A stretch of 40,267 nucleotides of DNA from Octopus bimaculoides (GCF_001194135.2 NC_068991.1:9936271-9976537); one strand, 5' to 3'. Positions 22,402 through 34,367 are shown, counted from the stretch's first letter. Program-made: numbers and translations. The notes: generated by a model not told the origin, from the sequence alone.

Positions 22402-24147
22402 TTATTTATCTATTGATCTGATAATCTGTCGATCTATAAATGCAATCTAAAAATTTATCTATCTGTCGATATATAGATGTGTAATATTATATATGTATGT
22501 ATTCATTTATGTTGATGTGTGGAGAGATCATGTATGTATATATGTATAGTGTAAAATGTATGTATACAATATAGGATGTGTGTGTGTATATATATAGATA
22601 TATATATGTAAATATATATATATATATANNNNNNNNNNNNNNNNNNNNNNNNNNNNNNNNNNNNNNNNNNNNNNNNNNNNNNNNNNNNNNNNNNNNNNNN
22701 NNNNNNNNNNNNNNNNNNNNNNNNNNNNNNNNNNNNNNNNNNNNNNNNNNNNNNNNNNNNNNNNNNNNNNNNNNNNNNNNNNNNNNNNNNNNNNNNNNNN
22801 NNNNNNNNNNNNNNNNNNNNNNNNNNNNNNNNNNNNNNNNNNNNNNNNNNNNNNNNNNNNNNNNNNNNNNNNNNNNNNNNNNNNNNNNNNNNNNNNNNNN
22901 NNNNNNNNNNNNNNNNNNNNNNNNNNNNNNNNNNNNNNNNNNNNNNNNNNNNNNNNNNNNNNNNNNNNNNNNNNNNNNNNNNNNNNNNNNNNNNNNNNNN
23001 NNNNNNNNNNNNNNNNNNNNNNNNNNNNNNNNNNNNNNNNNNNNNNNNNNNNNNNNNNNNNNNNNNNNNNNNNNNNNGTCAGTTAGATCTGTATAATGGT
23101 CGCAAAAAAAAAGGTAAAATATAACATCTACTGTTGATATTTTCTATTGATATATAACATATAATGTAACAATGATTGATAAGAACGAAGATAGAATCGG
23201 TAAATTCCGGAGTCTGCTTATTCTAGTCTTCAGTTTTGCTGTTATTTCAGCCGTAATTGTGTCTCAAATTGACACTTCACAATTTCGGTTTGTTGGTTCA
23301 ATTCTATATCCTGTTGCTTGTAGGTCTTGTTGTTATTATTTATTTTTGAATCTATTTTGAAAATTCTTGCGTACTTTTTTTGGTTTTTTAAATAAAATCT
23401 CTTTGCTGTAGAATAATTTTCTTTCTTTCTTTGTGTTTATGTATATTTTCCTTTATATTTTCTTCTTGGATTTCGTTTTATGAATTATGTTGTATTTGTT
23501 GTCGGTATTTTTGTTTCCCTGTTCATTCTGCTTAGAGATTTATTTTGGTTTTTGCTTTTAATTGTTTGTACAATGAATTTCAAAGTTAATAATGAGATAG
23601 AAAGAACGAAAAAAAATTAAAGTACTCCGGGCATTGAAAGTAAGAGACAGAATTCAAGAGACAAAAGGAAAATTAGTTTTCCTTTAAACAAAATAAACCA
23701 TGAGACATAACATAATTGTGTGTATATCTGTGTATATGTATATAATGATATATGTATAAGTGTATGGATGTACGTGTGTTTTAAATGAAATAACCACGCG
23801 ACAAATGACAGTAATGTATGTGTTTATATCTACTATATATATAGTATATGTTTATATGTATTATATATGTCACAGTGTGTGTGTTTCTGTGTATGAGTGT
23901 TTCTATGTGTTTATAAAACTACTACAAAACTACGTTTCAATACTTTCTCTTCGGCTCTCTCATACACACACAGACTCGTATTATAAACATACATGTTATA
24001 TACATACATACACTTCCACATTCTCTTTCTCCCTCTTATTGTCTTTCTCGCCCCCTCTCTCTCTCTCCCTCTCTTTCTCTCTGCCTCTCTTTTTCTCCCA
24101 CGCGCATCAACCGATAGCAACTAACAAGTGTGTCTATTAGTGCGTGC

Positions 24148-24178
<31 letters not shown>

Positions 24179-25245
24179 ACAGAGTATGTATACGGTTATG
24201 TATACGGCTTTGTATGTATCTGTGAATACTTATGCTATCTATATGTATATATATGTATATGTATAATGTATGTGTGTCTTTGTGTGTCAACAAACCTTCA
24301 CCAAAGCCATACCGCAATCTTTGTAAGACTTTTCCTCTCTGTATGCCTGTCAGTCTGTCTTCAGTTCTCTCTACACAGTATATGTATACACATGAATAAC
24401 ATCTATATTATATATACATGCTAGCAGGACTAAACGCAGCAGCTAATAGGGTTACGTATCTTCTACAGGCACTGTCCACTACTAATTAAAGCCCTTGACT
24501 GCAAGGCGACCAGCCACTACTCGAGTAAAACAAACCGAAGGCCGCGCTACTAACACTACTTCTACTGCAATTCTACTGCACTTTGACTGCACATCTACTG
24601 CTTGCCTCTTTCTGCTGAACATCTCTCCCCCTCTCTCTCACTCTTTCTTTCTTTCTCTCTCTCGCTTATTCTTTCTTTCTCTCTCTCTCTCTCTCGCTCA
24701 CACCTTTCTCGTTGACACACACTCTCTCCCTTACATACTTTCTATCTTAAACACTCTCTTTCTTACACATTTCCCCTTTTATACACCCATACCAACCACT
24801 TCTCTTTCTCTTATACACTTTCTTCCATACATTCACATTCTCCCTCACACGCACACATTCTCTCTCTCTCTCTCTTTCACAGACTTTCTCCCTAAACACG
24901 TCAGACTTTCTCCCTTACATATACCCATTCTCTCTCCCTCCCTTACGCATACAATCTGTCTGTCTCTCTCTGTCTGTCAGTTTCTGTCTCTCTCTCTCAA
25001 ACACACACAATCTTTCACTCTCTTTCTCTTTCTCGCTCTCTCTCTTTCTTCCCCATCTCTCCTTCGTTGATCAGTCAACTATAGCAGCATTGTTCACCTG
25101 ACACGAAAGACTGCTTTTCAACTGCTCTTTCAGGATTCTACTTCCTACATCAGCTACGCTTTTGAAAGACACTGCTGCATCATTCAAGTGTCTGTGTTAC
25201 TGCACACGTACACACACAGAAGCAAACACGCACGCACACACACAA

Positions 25246-25276
<31 letters not shown>

Positions 25277-26849
25277 ATACACACACACAACCTTACTCAT
25301 TCATTGACAGATCTTCGAGAAAGAATTTTCCTGCACACGTTCTTCTGTCTCTTCACTGCACACTCGATATTGTTTGTATAGCACAGGTTTTGATCTGCTG
25401 CACTTTCTTGGCATATTGTGCTTTTTGATTGCATCTTGATGCGACCATACTCAGAAGGCCATTTGCAGAAGGTTGCATATGTTTCATAAAATTCGTTTCT
25501 GCTAAAACTAGATTTAATTAATCTGTGTGTACATATAAACGGTGTGTACTCTACCCAAGAAGGGTAACCACTTTTTGATCTTGTTATGGCCCTGCTAACC
25601 TCTCGCTAACCCAGCTAATTTCTCTCTTTCCCTCTGATCCTTCTACCCTCTTCCCAAGCTAACCTCTCCATCTCTCACTTTCTCTAATCCTTTCCCCTCC
25701 ACTCTCTCTTTCTCTAACACTTTCTTTCCCCTTCCCCTGACCATCCTAACCCACCCTCTCTCTCTCTGACTATCCTAACCTTTTTTCTCACCCTGCTAAC
25801 TTACGCCCTGTTGTTTTACTTCAATGATCGGATCAGTCGCAAATAGGCACACCTTCATCCATCAGTTTTTGAAGACTTACGCCTCACATCGGTTACCTCT
25901 TGTTGCTTAGAACGCCTCCAAGACATTTACCGTGTCGTGTAAGAGCACTTCCTAGCTATGTTGCTTACGTTTGCCAGTCTCTCATCTTTTGGTTGGAAGT
26001 TTTGCGTCAGCCAAGACTCTGATCAACTTTGATATACCCCCAAAATCACTTTATATCTAACACGGTTTATTATGCACATACTGGTTTCTTTCTTGTCGTT
26101 TCTAACAAAACACACTCCTACACAAATGATACAACTCCTCGTTCCTATTTTAACCTTTGGCACATAAGCTTCATTCTATCTCACAACCTAAACACTTCAT
26201 ATCAGAGCTGCAACGCTTCCATAACGATAACCTCTGAAAACATCCACCTATGGATACATTCTAATTGGTCAGATCGAATTACGAGAGGAGAAAATTGAAT
26301 CAATTTCAAATTGTACTCCATCATCTTAAAAATGTAGGACCCACTGGATGATGCAGCCCTGGATAGACTTAGAAATAAAAGACTGTACGCTCATGGCTGG
26401 AATACCTTTTATTATACATAGATTTGCTTGATCAGGATTGACTAAACAGTAATATGAAAAGTTGGTCAGAGGCACAATCGTTGAACACTTCAAAGAAACA
26501 GTGCTGCAGTACCATATCCACTTTAATCGCGAACAACACACCACTAAATTCCTCAAAGTCACTCGTCACACTCTCCGAATATCTGACCATTCCTCATAGT
26601 AAATTCACAAATTTCATGACAAAATCGACATGAAAGATCTGAACAATAAACACTTTGTTCAAAAATTCATACCCTCATATTGCTACCCGAACTGGAATTT
26701 TCCCTTCATCCACGTTTTTCATTCAGATATTGATCTTTAGGACTTAAACTGAACGCCAATCAGTTTGTTTTCACCAATCTGGAATGCTCTTCAATAATGA
26801 TGGACATTACTTTATACCTTTCTAACCAATTAATATAAAAATCTTCTGG

Positions 26850-27030
26850 CCGCAGGCATGGACATGGTTAAGAGAGTCGTCTTGCAACCATGTAATTTCG
26901 GGTACCTTTGGCAAATGTCTTCTGTGCTGTACCTTAAGCAAATGTCTTCTGTGCTGTAGCTTAAGCAAATGTATTCTACTCTTGCCCGGGCCAATCAATA
27001 CCTTGTGAGTAAATTTAGTAGACAGAAACT
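26850..27030 (+). mobile_element. Degenerate SINE type A with an internal 27-bp tandem duplication
   Basis: AATGTCTTCTGTGCTGTA(C/G)CTTAAGCA occurs twice plus a partial copy near 26914-26980. Confidence 0.65.
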
Positions 27031-27039
27031 GTCTTACAC

Positions 27040-27099
<60 letters not shown>

Positions 27100-27159
27100 A
27101 GACACGCACGCACACGCCCACGTACACACATACATGTATAACTCATATACGACGACGAC

Positions 27160-27445
27160 GTGTTCCAGCTGATCCGATCAATGGAACAACCTGCTTGTGA
27201 AATTAACGTGCAAGTGGCTGAGCACTCCACAGACACGCGTGCCCTAAACGTAGTTCTCAGGAAGATCCAATGTGGATCAGATTGGGACAAGGCTGACCCT
27301 TTGGATTACAAAAACTACTCATTCTGACCAGCTGAGTGGACAAGAGCAACGAGAAATAAAAAGTCTTCCTGAAGGATACAACGCCCTGCCGGGTATAGAA
27401 CTCACGACTGTGAGCCGAATACCCTACTCACTAAGCCATGCGCCT
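27160..27445 (-). mobile_element. SINE type C, long form, CpG-retaining copy
   Basis: Colinear with 4150-4410 and 34818-35140. Confidence 0.75.
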
Positions 27446-27568
27446 TACACACACACACACACACACCCATACTAGCACAGACACGCACGCACATGTAAAA
27501 AGTGGAAACCGTGTAATATTCAAAGAACATACACGCGTTTCAATAACATGACGAAATAATTACATATT

Positions 27569-27663
27569 AGTAGTAGAAGCATTATGCAATCATGCATTTA
27601 CCTCATCAGTGTCCCGCTATCATGACGAGCTGAAATGCATGGTTGCATAATGTTTCTACTATT
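27569..27663 (+). ncRNA. Candidate pre-miRNA / hairpin RNA
   Basis: 31 contiguous pairs (27569-27599 with 27633-27663) whose only non-Watson-Crick pairs are G.U on the + strand, an extended upper stem and a 9-nt loop; apical UGU at 27610-12 and CNNC (CGTC) at 27668-71. Confidence 0.4.
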
Positions 27664-27914
27664 TTAACGTCACTATTTCAGTATTTTGCCGAGACGACTG
27701 TATATCCTATAAAACTTTGACTACAGCACCTGTTTTCTGCTTATTATTTCTTTTGTTATTTGGCTTGTATTCCACACTCTAGCCTATCCCAAGTTTGATG
27801 CTCCGCATTGTATTATATTTGATACTAGAGTGGATTTGGAATCTAATGCTGAGCCGGATTTTAGTTGGGTGTTGCATGTTACAATACCACCTTGTGTGTG
27901 TGTGTGTGTGTGTG

Positions 27915-28790
27915 TATGTCAATGTTCAGTTTTATTTCAAGATTTCTTGCCAACAGAGAGAGAGAGTCGGTTTCTAACCTAGATTCAAGGCTCCTTCATT
28001 GGAATTTCAACATCAACAACAGGGTATTTTTTTATGTATGTATGTATGTAAGTACAGATTTGCATGTTTTGCTTTATGTATGTATTCTCATGCATATAGT
28101 TGCGTATCTAGACATACTCATATATATTTAAATGATAAATTTCTGGAAAGTTTTACAGATTTTTACATTTCCAGTGACAGCTTAGATCTGTAGTCTTCGT
28201 ATCAGCGTTCTCCTTTCTGGTTTTGAGAAGCCTAATTTCTCAAGATTGGTATTTAAGCAGTGAGTTACATATCCCATGGCCCCAATAATTATAGGTATAA
28301 ACCTATAATTCAGCGTAGGTATTCTGTTTTTCCCTGATCTTCAGTTTTATGTTAACATCCGCTGAGCAGCAAATTTCCACAACTGTACCCAGTTTATCTT
28401 CTCTATCCCAAAACATTATATCAAGTCTGTTGTGCTTACATTTTATTGATCTCTTCACTGGAACATTTCACCAATACTCCTTGTTATTATGAGTGGCTAT
28501 GGCTTCTACCATACTGTGGGTTCTTGTTTCTTTGTCCTCGAAGTTATCTTTCCAACGGATTTCATTATAGAGTGTCCTAGCTACAACATCGTGTCTCATC
28601 GGTAGATAATACAATGATGATATTTTCGGACAACTGCTTATGATGTGGGAGATATCTTCGGTGTTAACTCCACAAAGTCTGCATCGGTTGTCACATTCTA
28701 CTGCTTTTCCAGTATCTCTGTCCCTTTTGTGCATTAGGTACTTGGTTGATATTTCCTGTTCTTGGATTGCAAACGCATATCTTTGAAAGG
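27915..28790 (-). mobile_element. 5'-truncated R4/Dong-like non-LTR retrotransposon (CCHC + restriction-like endonuclease), decayed
   Basis: Minus strand: YAFAIQEQEISTKYLMHKR...CRLCGVNTEDISHIISSC...RHDVVA...EYW*NVPV..KHNRLDIMFWDREDKLGTVVEI...IPIIIGAMG...KICKTFQKFII* (stop 28128-30); stops and a frameshift are present; the 3' UTR ends at a (CA)n tract. Confidence 0.9.
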
Positions 28791-28859
28791 GAGAGGCTAT
28801 TGGGCCATGTTAGACTGCTTTAATGATTAATGTTACTATCATCACAAAGCTTTCTACTG

Positions 28860-29220
28860 ACATATCCATGCATAGTCGTTATATATCAAGGCTACCTGCG
28901 AAATAAATTTCCTCTCCGCCGAGATCCAAACTCAACCGTACTTCCCACCTCAATGGAGTGGGAAAGGTTCCTCTTTTTAAAGCTGGTAGGCTCCAGCGAA
29001 CGGACATAGATTTGCCTGCGCTCGGCTGGTCTGTCACGTGATGAGATGATAACACGCGTAAAGCTAGAAAAACTCGACCATCACGTAACCAGGTCATATG
29101 ACCACTTGTAGAAAACACAACGTATGAGCCAATATCTGGGTATTTAAATGTAGGCGGGCAATCTGTGAACATATTCTTGCAACGGAGTGAAGAGTTATTG
29201 TTTACAAAGATATATCCGGG
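28860..29220 (+). promoter_or_regulatory. CpG-rich, motif-dense promoter-like island
   Basis: ~18 CpG in 360 bp by eye; GTCACGTGAT (29033-42), ACGCGT (29054-59), TCACGTAAC (29081-89), palindrome GGTCATATGACC (29092-103), CCAAT (29129-33), TATTTAAA (29141-48), GGCGGG (29153-58). Confidence 0.35.
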
Positions 29221-29244
29221 TGTTGATGGTTTATCTGGAATTTG

Positions 29245-29620
29245 TTATGTATGTTCTCTTCTGTTTTTAATTATCTAAATTCTTCATCTAAGGAAGGAGC
29301 TGGTTTCTAATAAAGATACAAAATTCCATTGCTGGAATGTTGATAACGAAAATATCATATTTTAAACACGAGAAAAGTTTTGCACATTTTTATTGCTCCA
29401 CTTACAGATAGTATTTGTAACGTGCGAGCTGGTTGATTTTTTTTTTCCCGAAAATCCAAGCTTATCCAGTCTGTCACAAAATCAAGTGCACCAATTATTT
29501 GTATATATGTAAATTTGTAACCTGGATATAGAACCTGCAGGTTTCGAAGCAGCCGTCCATAGTTATTCTCTTTCTTTTCGATTTTCAAAGAGATATTCAC
29601 ATCAGCTGGACAGCTACCCT
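29245..29620 (-). mobile_element. Second, diverged R4/Dong-like RLE element, extreme 3' end
   Basis: SCPADVNISLKIEKKENNYGRLLRNLQVLYPGYKFTYIQIIGALD...KMCKTFLVFKI* is homologous to the C-terminus at 28128-28370; its 3' UTR resembles 27930-28020. Confidence 0.85.
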
Positions 29621-30312
29621 CTGTGACGGTACATACATTTTCTGTAGTCTGCTCCTTTACAAAGAATATTTGCTGTTCATTAACAACTCCAGCACTATGA
29701 GAAAAATTGAGGAAGGATGGAATCGAAATTATACAATGTAAAGTTTTCTCTCAAAACCACTGAGATCATTGACTTGCATATCAATTATTTTGACATAAAC
29801 ACACGTAACTGCCCCTACTAGAAGAATCATTGACCTAGAATATTCAGAATTGAGCCTTGTAGATTTGATATACAATATCTATTTACAAAAGCGCCAACAC
29901 TTTCCAAATCAAAGGTATCTCTGAATTAAGAATATTTGGACATGGCCCGTTGTTTATGTCTGGAATAAATAATACTTTGCTTCCTTGAAGTATATGCGAA
30001 AAAGAATTAGGTAAAAGACGGTACAACAATACTGAAATAAAAGAATTATTTAATAGATCAAAATACGTGTGTTTTTAAGATCATCTCCTTTTCATAGAGC
30101 ACATTGCTATCTTTTGATGTATTGTCTTTAAAGAGTGAACTTAGTTTGAGAAGCTGTTGATTAAAATTTTAAAAAATGACTTCAAGAATATAATCATTCA
30201 ACTATTTTTCTGAAATGAACGAATGTGGAGAAAACTGAAGTAGACAGTGCTTATGGGTTGTCTAGGTTACTTGTGCATTGGGTGAGAGCTTGAGGTAAAA
30301 ATGGTGACAGAC

Positions 30313-30357
<45 letters not shown>

Positions 30358-30999
30358 TAGATAAATGCATACATACATACATACATACATACATACATGT
30401 ACAGAGAGAGAGAGAGAAAGATCTTGTAAAAGAATGGCTTATTACAACATTGGAAGAAAAATGTGTATGTCCATTCATTCATTCTGTCTGTCGGTATGTA
30501 TGATTGTATGCATACAGATAAACTCATACATTTCTCAACACGACGATTAAAACATTTTTTGTTAGATTATAAAGCAAACGCTTTCCAAAATATTATTTTT
30601 AATTGTTATATCTTAATAAGTTAACTGAATGTCTTTGGCAATCCTGATGAGAAATGTTTGTGTGCATGCATACATACATACACACAGTTAGACAGACACA
30701 TGTTTGCATATATGTATCACGTGCGGACGCGTGTCATGCGTAAAAAGAAAACATACAAAGAGAGAAAGAGAGAGAGAAACGAACGGAACTTTTGATCGAA
30801 TGTCTTTAATGATAGTGTGGAGAAACGTGCGTGCGTGCGTGCGTAAGTATGTGTGCGTGCATACATACATACATACATACATAGAGAGAGATAGAGATGG
30901 GAGGTCTTGCGAACAAAATCGGAAGTTATGTTACAAAGGGACAGATTTCACAAAAATTATAATAATGATGATTAGGAAATATCACACTCTCAGCTGAAT

Positions 31000-31475
31000 C
31001 TAAAACGTCTACGAAAGAAAAAGACACCTATATTGATCAATACCTAAATAAGAATACCACTCCGAACTACAACAAATACTAGCTCAGACACTTCCATGTA
31101 TATTAAATTCTGAAAGCGAACCTATAGCCCATAAACTTAAACTAGACAATAGATTACAATGTTTAGCTAAACGTTTAGGGTATGTCACACTCAAAGACCA
31201 TACACAAAATTGTCTCTCAGCCTAAAAGCGAGTTAATCGATCGTGAAAACCAAGATTAGATTACTCAGTAGGGAAACATTAAATAATATGAACTGTAAGA
31301 CGAGGAGGGTAACCAACCTCTAACAATGGTATAACAGGAGCTGGTTTAACAATAGACAATAAAATTGGCTCCAAACTTTCCCAGTTCAACATAATCGAAT
31401 CTTATCCCTTCATTTCAAAATACTGCTCACCAGCGCCTTAGAATTTTGTAAGATAGTTAACGACATAGATGGCCA
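31000..31475 (+). pseudogene. Degraded Penelope-like retroelement RT (N-terminal part)
   Basis: LNSESEPIAHKLKLDNRLQCLAKRLGYVTLKDH (from 31103) and QFNIIESYPFISK (from 31382) match the PLE RT motifs L.L.DR......A.ITLKDHK and QFDI.EFYPSI; several stops and frameshifts. Confidence 0.8.
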
Positions 31476-31477
31476 TT

Positions 31478-31508
<31 letters not shown>

Positions 31509-31769
31509 GCCTTACACCTCATCTTCTGCTTCAAATGTAACTAGTAGAAGACAACAAAGGATTCGTTTGAAGGAAAAGTACTTCGTATTAAAGTTGACAG
31601 ATGATCTATAACATACGTCCTCCATTGCTTTTCCCATCAGTTGCAATCAACACTTGCCGATTTTCCATATCAAAGGAAATCGGAATGAATTAACGGACAG
31701 ACACGGAAAATTCACATAATCCGTTTTTTTCCCCTCATAACTTTCAGGAAAATGGATGTATTTTAATGG

Positions 31770-31875
31770 GTGTGTGATAAGAAGCTTGCTTCCCAACCAC
31801 ATGGTTCCGGGTTCAGTCCCGCTGCGTGGCACCTTGGGTAAGCGTCTTCAACTATAGCCTCGGGAAGACCAAATG
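31770..31875 (+). mobile_element. SINE type A, 3'-truncated
   Basis: GTGTGATAAGAAGCTTGCTTCCCAACCACATGGTTCCGGGTTCAGTCCC...CTATAGCCTCGGG. Confidence 0.8.
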
Positions 31876-32783
31876 CGTCCTGGACGTATGCCCTGCTGAA
31901 GGACATATTCTACTGTTTATATTGTTATACCCAGGCGCGGTCCCAGGAATTTTTCGAAGGGAGGACATAAGTTCAGGAGAGAATACAATTCAAGGAGAAA
32001 AGAGTATAATAACATTATTTAGAAGAGCACACTTCTTTTCTTGAGGGGGGAGTGTTCCCCTCAGCACCCTGCCTATAGTGACCCTCGATAGTATTATTGA
32101 GCCAACAATTTATGGAAGTTTCCCCACAACGTTCAACCTAAGAATCCCCCGTAAGATACGATATAAAAAGGGACTGTTAACGTTCCAAGTAACCTCCAAG
32201 GCATCATCATTCTGTCCTCCACACTTTATGGAATGTGAGGATTGTTTTCCCCGTACAAATACTTTTTAATCAGTGGAGCGCTGTACACACATGGTTACAC
32301 TCTAGATGCCAGATACCTTAAGATTACATTTTATCGAAAACTGATTCTCTGTGTGGAATAAAGTCTTCTTTATAAACGAATGTCACACTGACGTCCCACC
32401 TCTGCAAATATCGTAACCGCAGCACATATCTGGATAATAGCAAAGAGAGTAAATGGAGGGAGAGAGAAGTCATCTTTATGAAGGAACACCTTACTGACTT
32501 TCCATCTCTATAAATATCATAACCTCAGCACATGTCTAGATAACAACACAAAGGGCAATCCTTCTGAACAAGGATAAATGTCTCATCACAAAAAACAAAA
32601 AGGCAAGCCCTCCTGTTGATAATCTTAAGTGCTGCTGTCAGGAAACAAACCATTAAAGCGACGTGCCTATTTTGTGATCTCTGCTAGGTTTTGCAGAACA
32701 GCTTCGTCTCGATCTCCCTCAGCTCAGACAAAAGCTACAGCATTTCTTTTTTCTTCCTGGTTTATCTTTGGTTTTGTCATCAG

Positions 32784-32846
32784 GTCGTTTCCTTCTGGTA
32801 CACACTGGCTCAATTTCCGATATTATGACTGCCGGTTTGTCCAAAA
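32784..32846 (+). CDS. Candidate internal exon E1 (63 nt; RFLLVHTGSISDIMTAGLSK in the phase 1-1 frame, or 5' UTR)
   Basis: A long polypyrimidine tract ends TTTTGTCATCAG|; the donor is AAA|GTGAGT; length is a multiple of 3; no homology recognised. Confidence 0.3.
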
Positions 32847-33268
32847 GTGAGTACACTTCACTCTTCTCAATCTCAAGTAGGATGCTTTATTAAACCTTCC
32901 CAACTTAAGTACCAATACATACAAATGTGACGAAAGTACATAATGTCGTGCAGCCGTGTCAAATGGTCGTTTACTCGGACCACTGAACAGATATTTCTGT
33001 TACATAAGTTAATGCCTGAAAGACCAACCCCAACTGCAGAACTTCTGTGTGTTCATAGTCTACCTTGTAGAATAATACTTGGAAATGATCCAGTTTATTA
33101 AGAACCGAACTAATGTCAGATCTTGTCCTTATCATCTCTGAATTTGAAGTTTTCCCGAATACTTATGTTCACAAAAAAAAAAAAAAAGTCAAATGCTGAC
33201 CAGTTTGCGAAGTACTTCTGCTAAAATCACTTTTATGGCCCAGAAGTACTTTCACTTGTTCCCCTTAG

Positions 33269-33353
33269 TTCATTCCATTTCCCAACAATTCATTCCTTTC
33301 TCTTCGCTTCTATACACAAACGATTGGAAATGTCCTGTCGGCTGCCACTTAAG
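33269..33353 (+). CDS. Candidate internal exon E2 (85 nt; HSISQQFIPFSSLLYTNDWKCPVGCHL)
   Basis: Acceptor TACTTTCACTTGTTCCCCTTAG| and donor AAG|GTAAAT; phase-compatible with E1 in an open frame. Confidence 0.25.
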
Positions 33354-33699
33354 GTAAATATCAACTTAGACGGGCGCGAACAAGTCTGGCAACCAGACAG
33401 ACTCGTTTTATCTAACAGATAGTAAACAATTGTGTAGAGAAACCATAGTTACTTGTTGTTTGTTTTTATATATGAACGGCCTACTTATTCTACCTGTATG
33501 AACCTGTTTAGCATTTTGGCTACTCTCTTTGTCATATTATGTAGATTTTGTATATCTCTGTTTCTGTATACGTACGTTTGTGTGTGTGTGTGTTTGTGTT
33601 TAGGTAACCGTGAATTAGTATGTGCCTGTTAATATATTTAATTAATAGCTTAATATGTATGTATGTATGAGTGTGTGTGCGTATATCTTTAATCTCTTG

Positions 33700-33895
33700 T
33701 TTCAGTCACTGACTGCGACCTAGCTGGGGCACCGTCTTGACGTGTTTTGGACGAAGAAATCGACTCCACGCCCTTTTTGTTTTTTAATGCCTGGTACTCA
33801 TTCCATCGGTTTTTACCGCCGAAGCGCTACGTTAAGAGGACGTAAACAAACCAACACCGGTCGTCAAGCCATGGTGGGGCACAAACACATAAAGA
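33700..33895 (-). mobile_element. SINE tail module
   Basis: Reverse-strand homologue of 55-240. Confidence 0.7.
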
Positions 33896-33910
33896 CACGA
33901 ATGCACGCAT

Positions 33911-33945
<35 letters not shown>

Positions 33946-34049
33946 AACCTTTATCCATAACTGAGGTCAACAAAATATATTTTGTTTTGCTCAATTAAAT
34001 TTTTCACACTCAAATGTATAACTTTATTCTAGAATAAAGAATATATATA

Positions 34050-34367
34050 TAGGCGCAGGAGTGGCTGTGTGGTAAGTAGCTTGCTTACCAACCACATGGT
34101 TCCGGGTTCAGTCCCACTGCATGGCACCTTGGGCAAGTGTCTTCTACTATAGCCTCGAGCCGACCAAAGCCTTGTGAGTGGATTTGGTAGACGGAAACTG
34201 AAAGAAGCCTGTCGTGTGTATATATATATATATATATGAGTGCGAAGGCGCATGGCTCAGTGGTTAGAGCGTCGAGCTTATGATCATGAGGTTGTGAGTT
34301 CGAATCCTGGACCGGGCTGCGTGTTGTCTTCCTGAGCAAGACACATTATTGCTCCAGTTAACTCATG
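34050..34367 (+). mobile_element. Young SINE type A (34050-34215) followed by a SINE type C head (34247-34367)
   Basis: Type A is nearly identical to 16553-16715; type C shows an A box TGGCTCAGTGG and a B box GTTCGAATCC (34298-307). Confidence 0.85.

Noticed and set aside
23172-23600. T-rich/A-rich biased segment with a hydrophobic 62-aa ORF
   Set aside because: Compositional bias explains the peptide; it may be a decayed LINE, but no motif was identified.
27598-27652. Hammerhead-like words (ATGACGA-GCT-GAAA on +; CTGATGA-GG-TAAA on -)
   Set aside because: No stem II can form and the cores are defective; the long hairpin explains the symmetry better.
30645-30660. CTGATGAGAAA, also CTGATGA at 36050 and 36372
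   Set aside because: There is no stem II or stem III geometry for a hammerhead.
34247-34315. tRNA-like sequence with A and B boxes
   Set aside because: It has no complete cloverleaf or acceptor stem and runs into the SINE core, so it is a SINE head, like its homologues.
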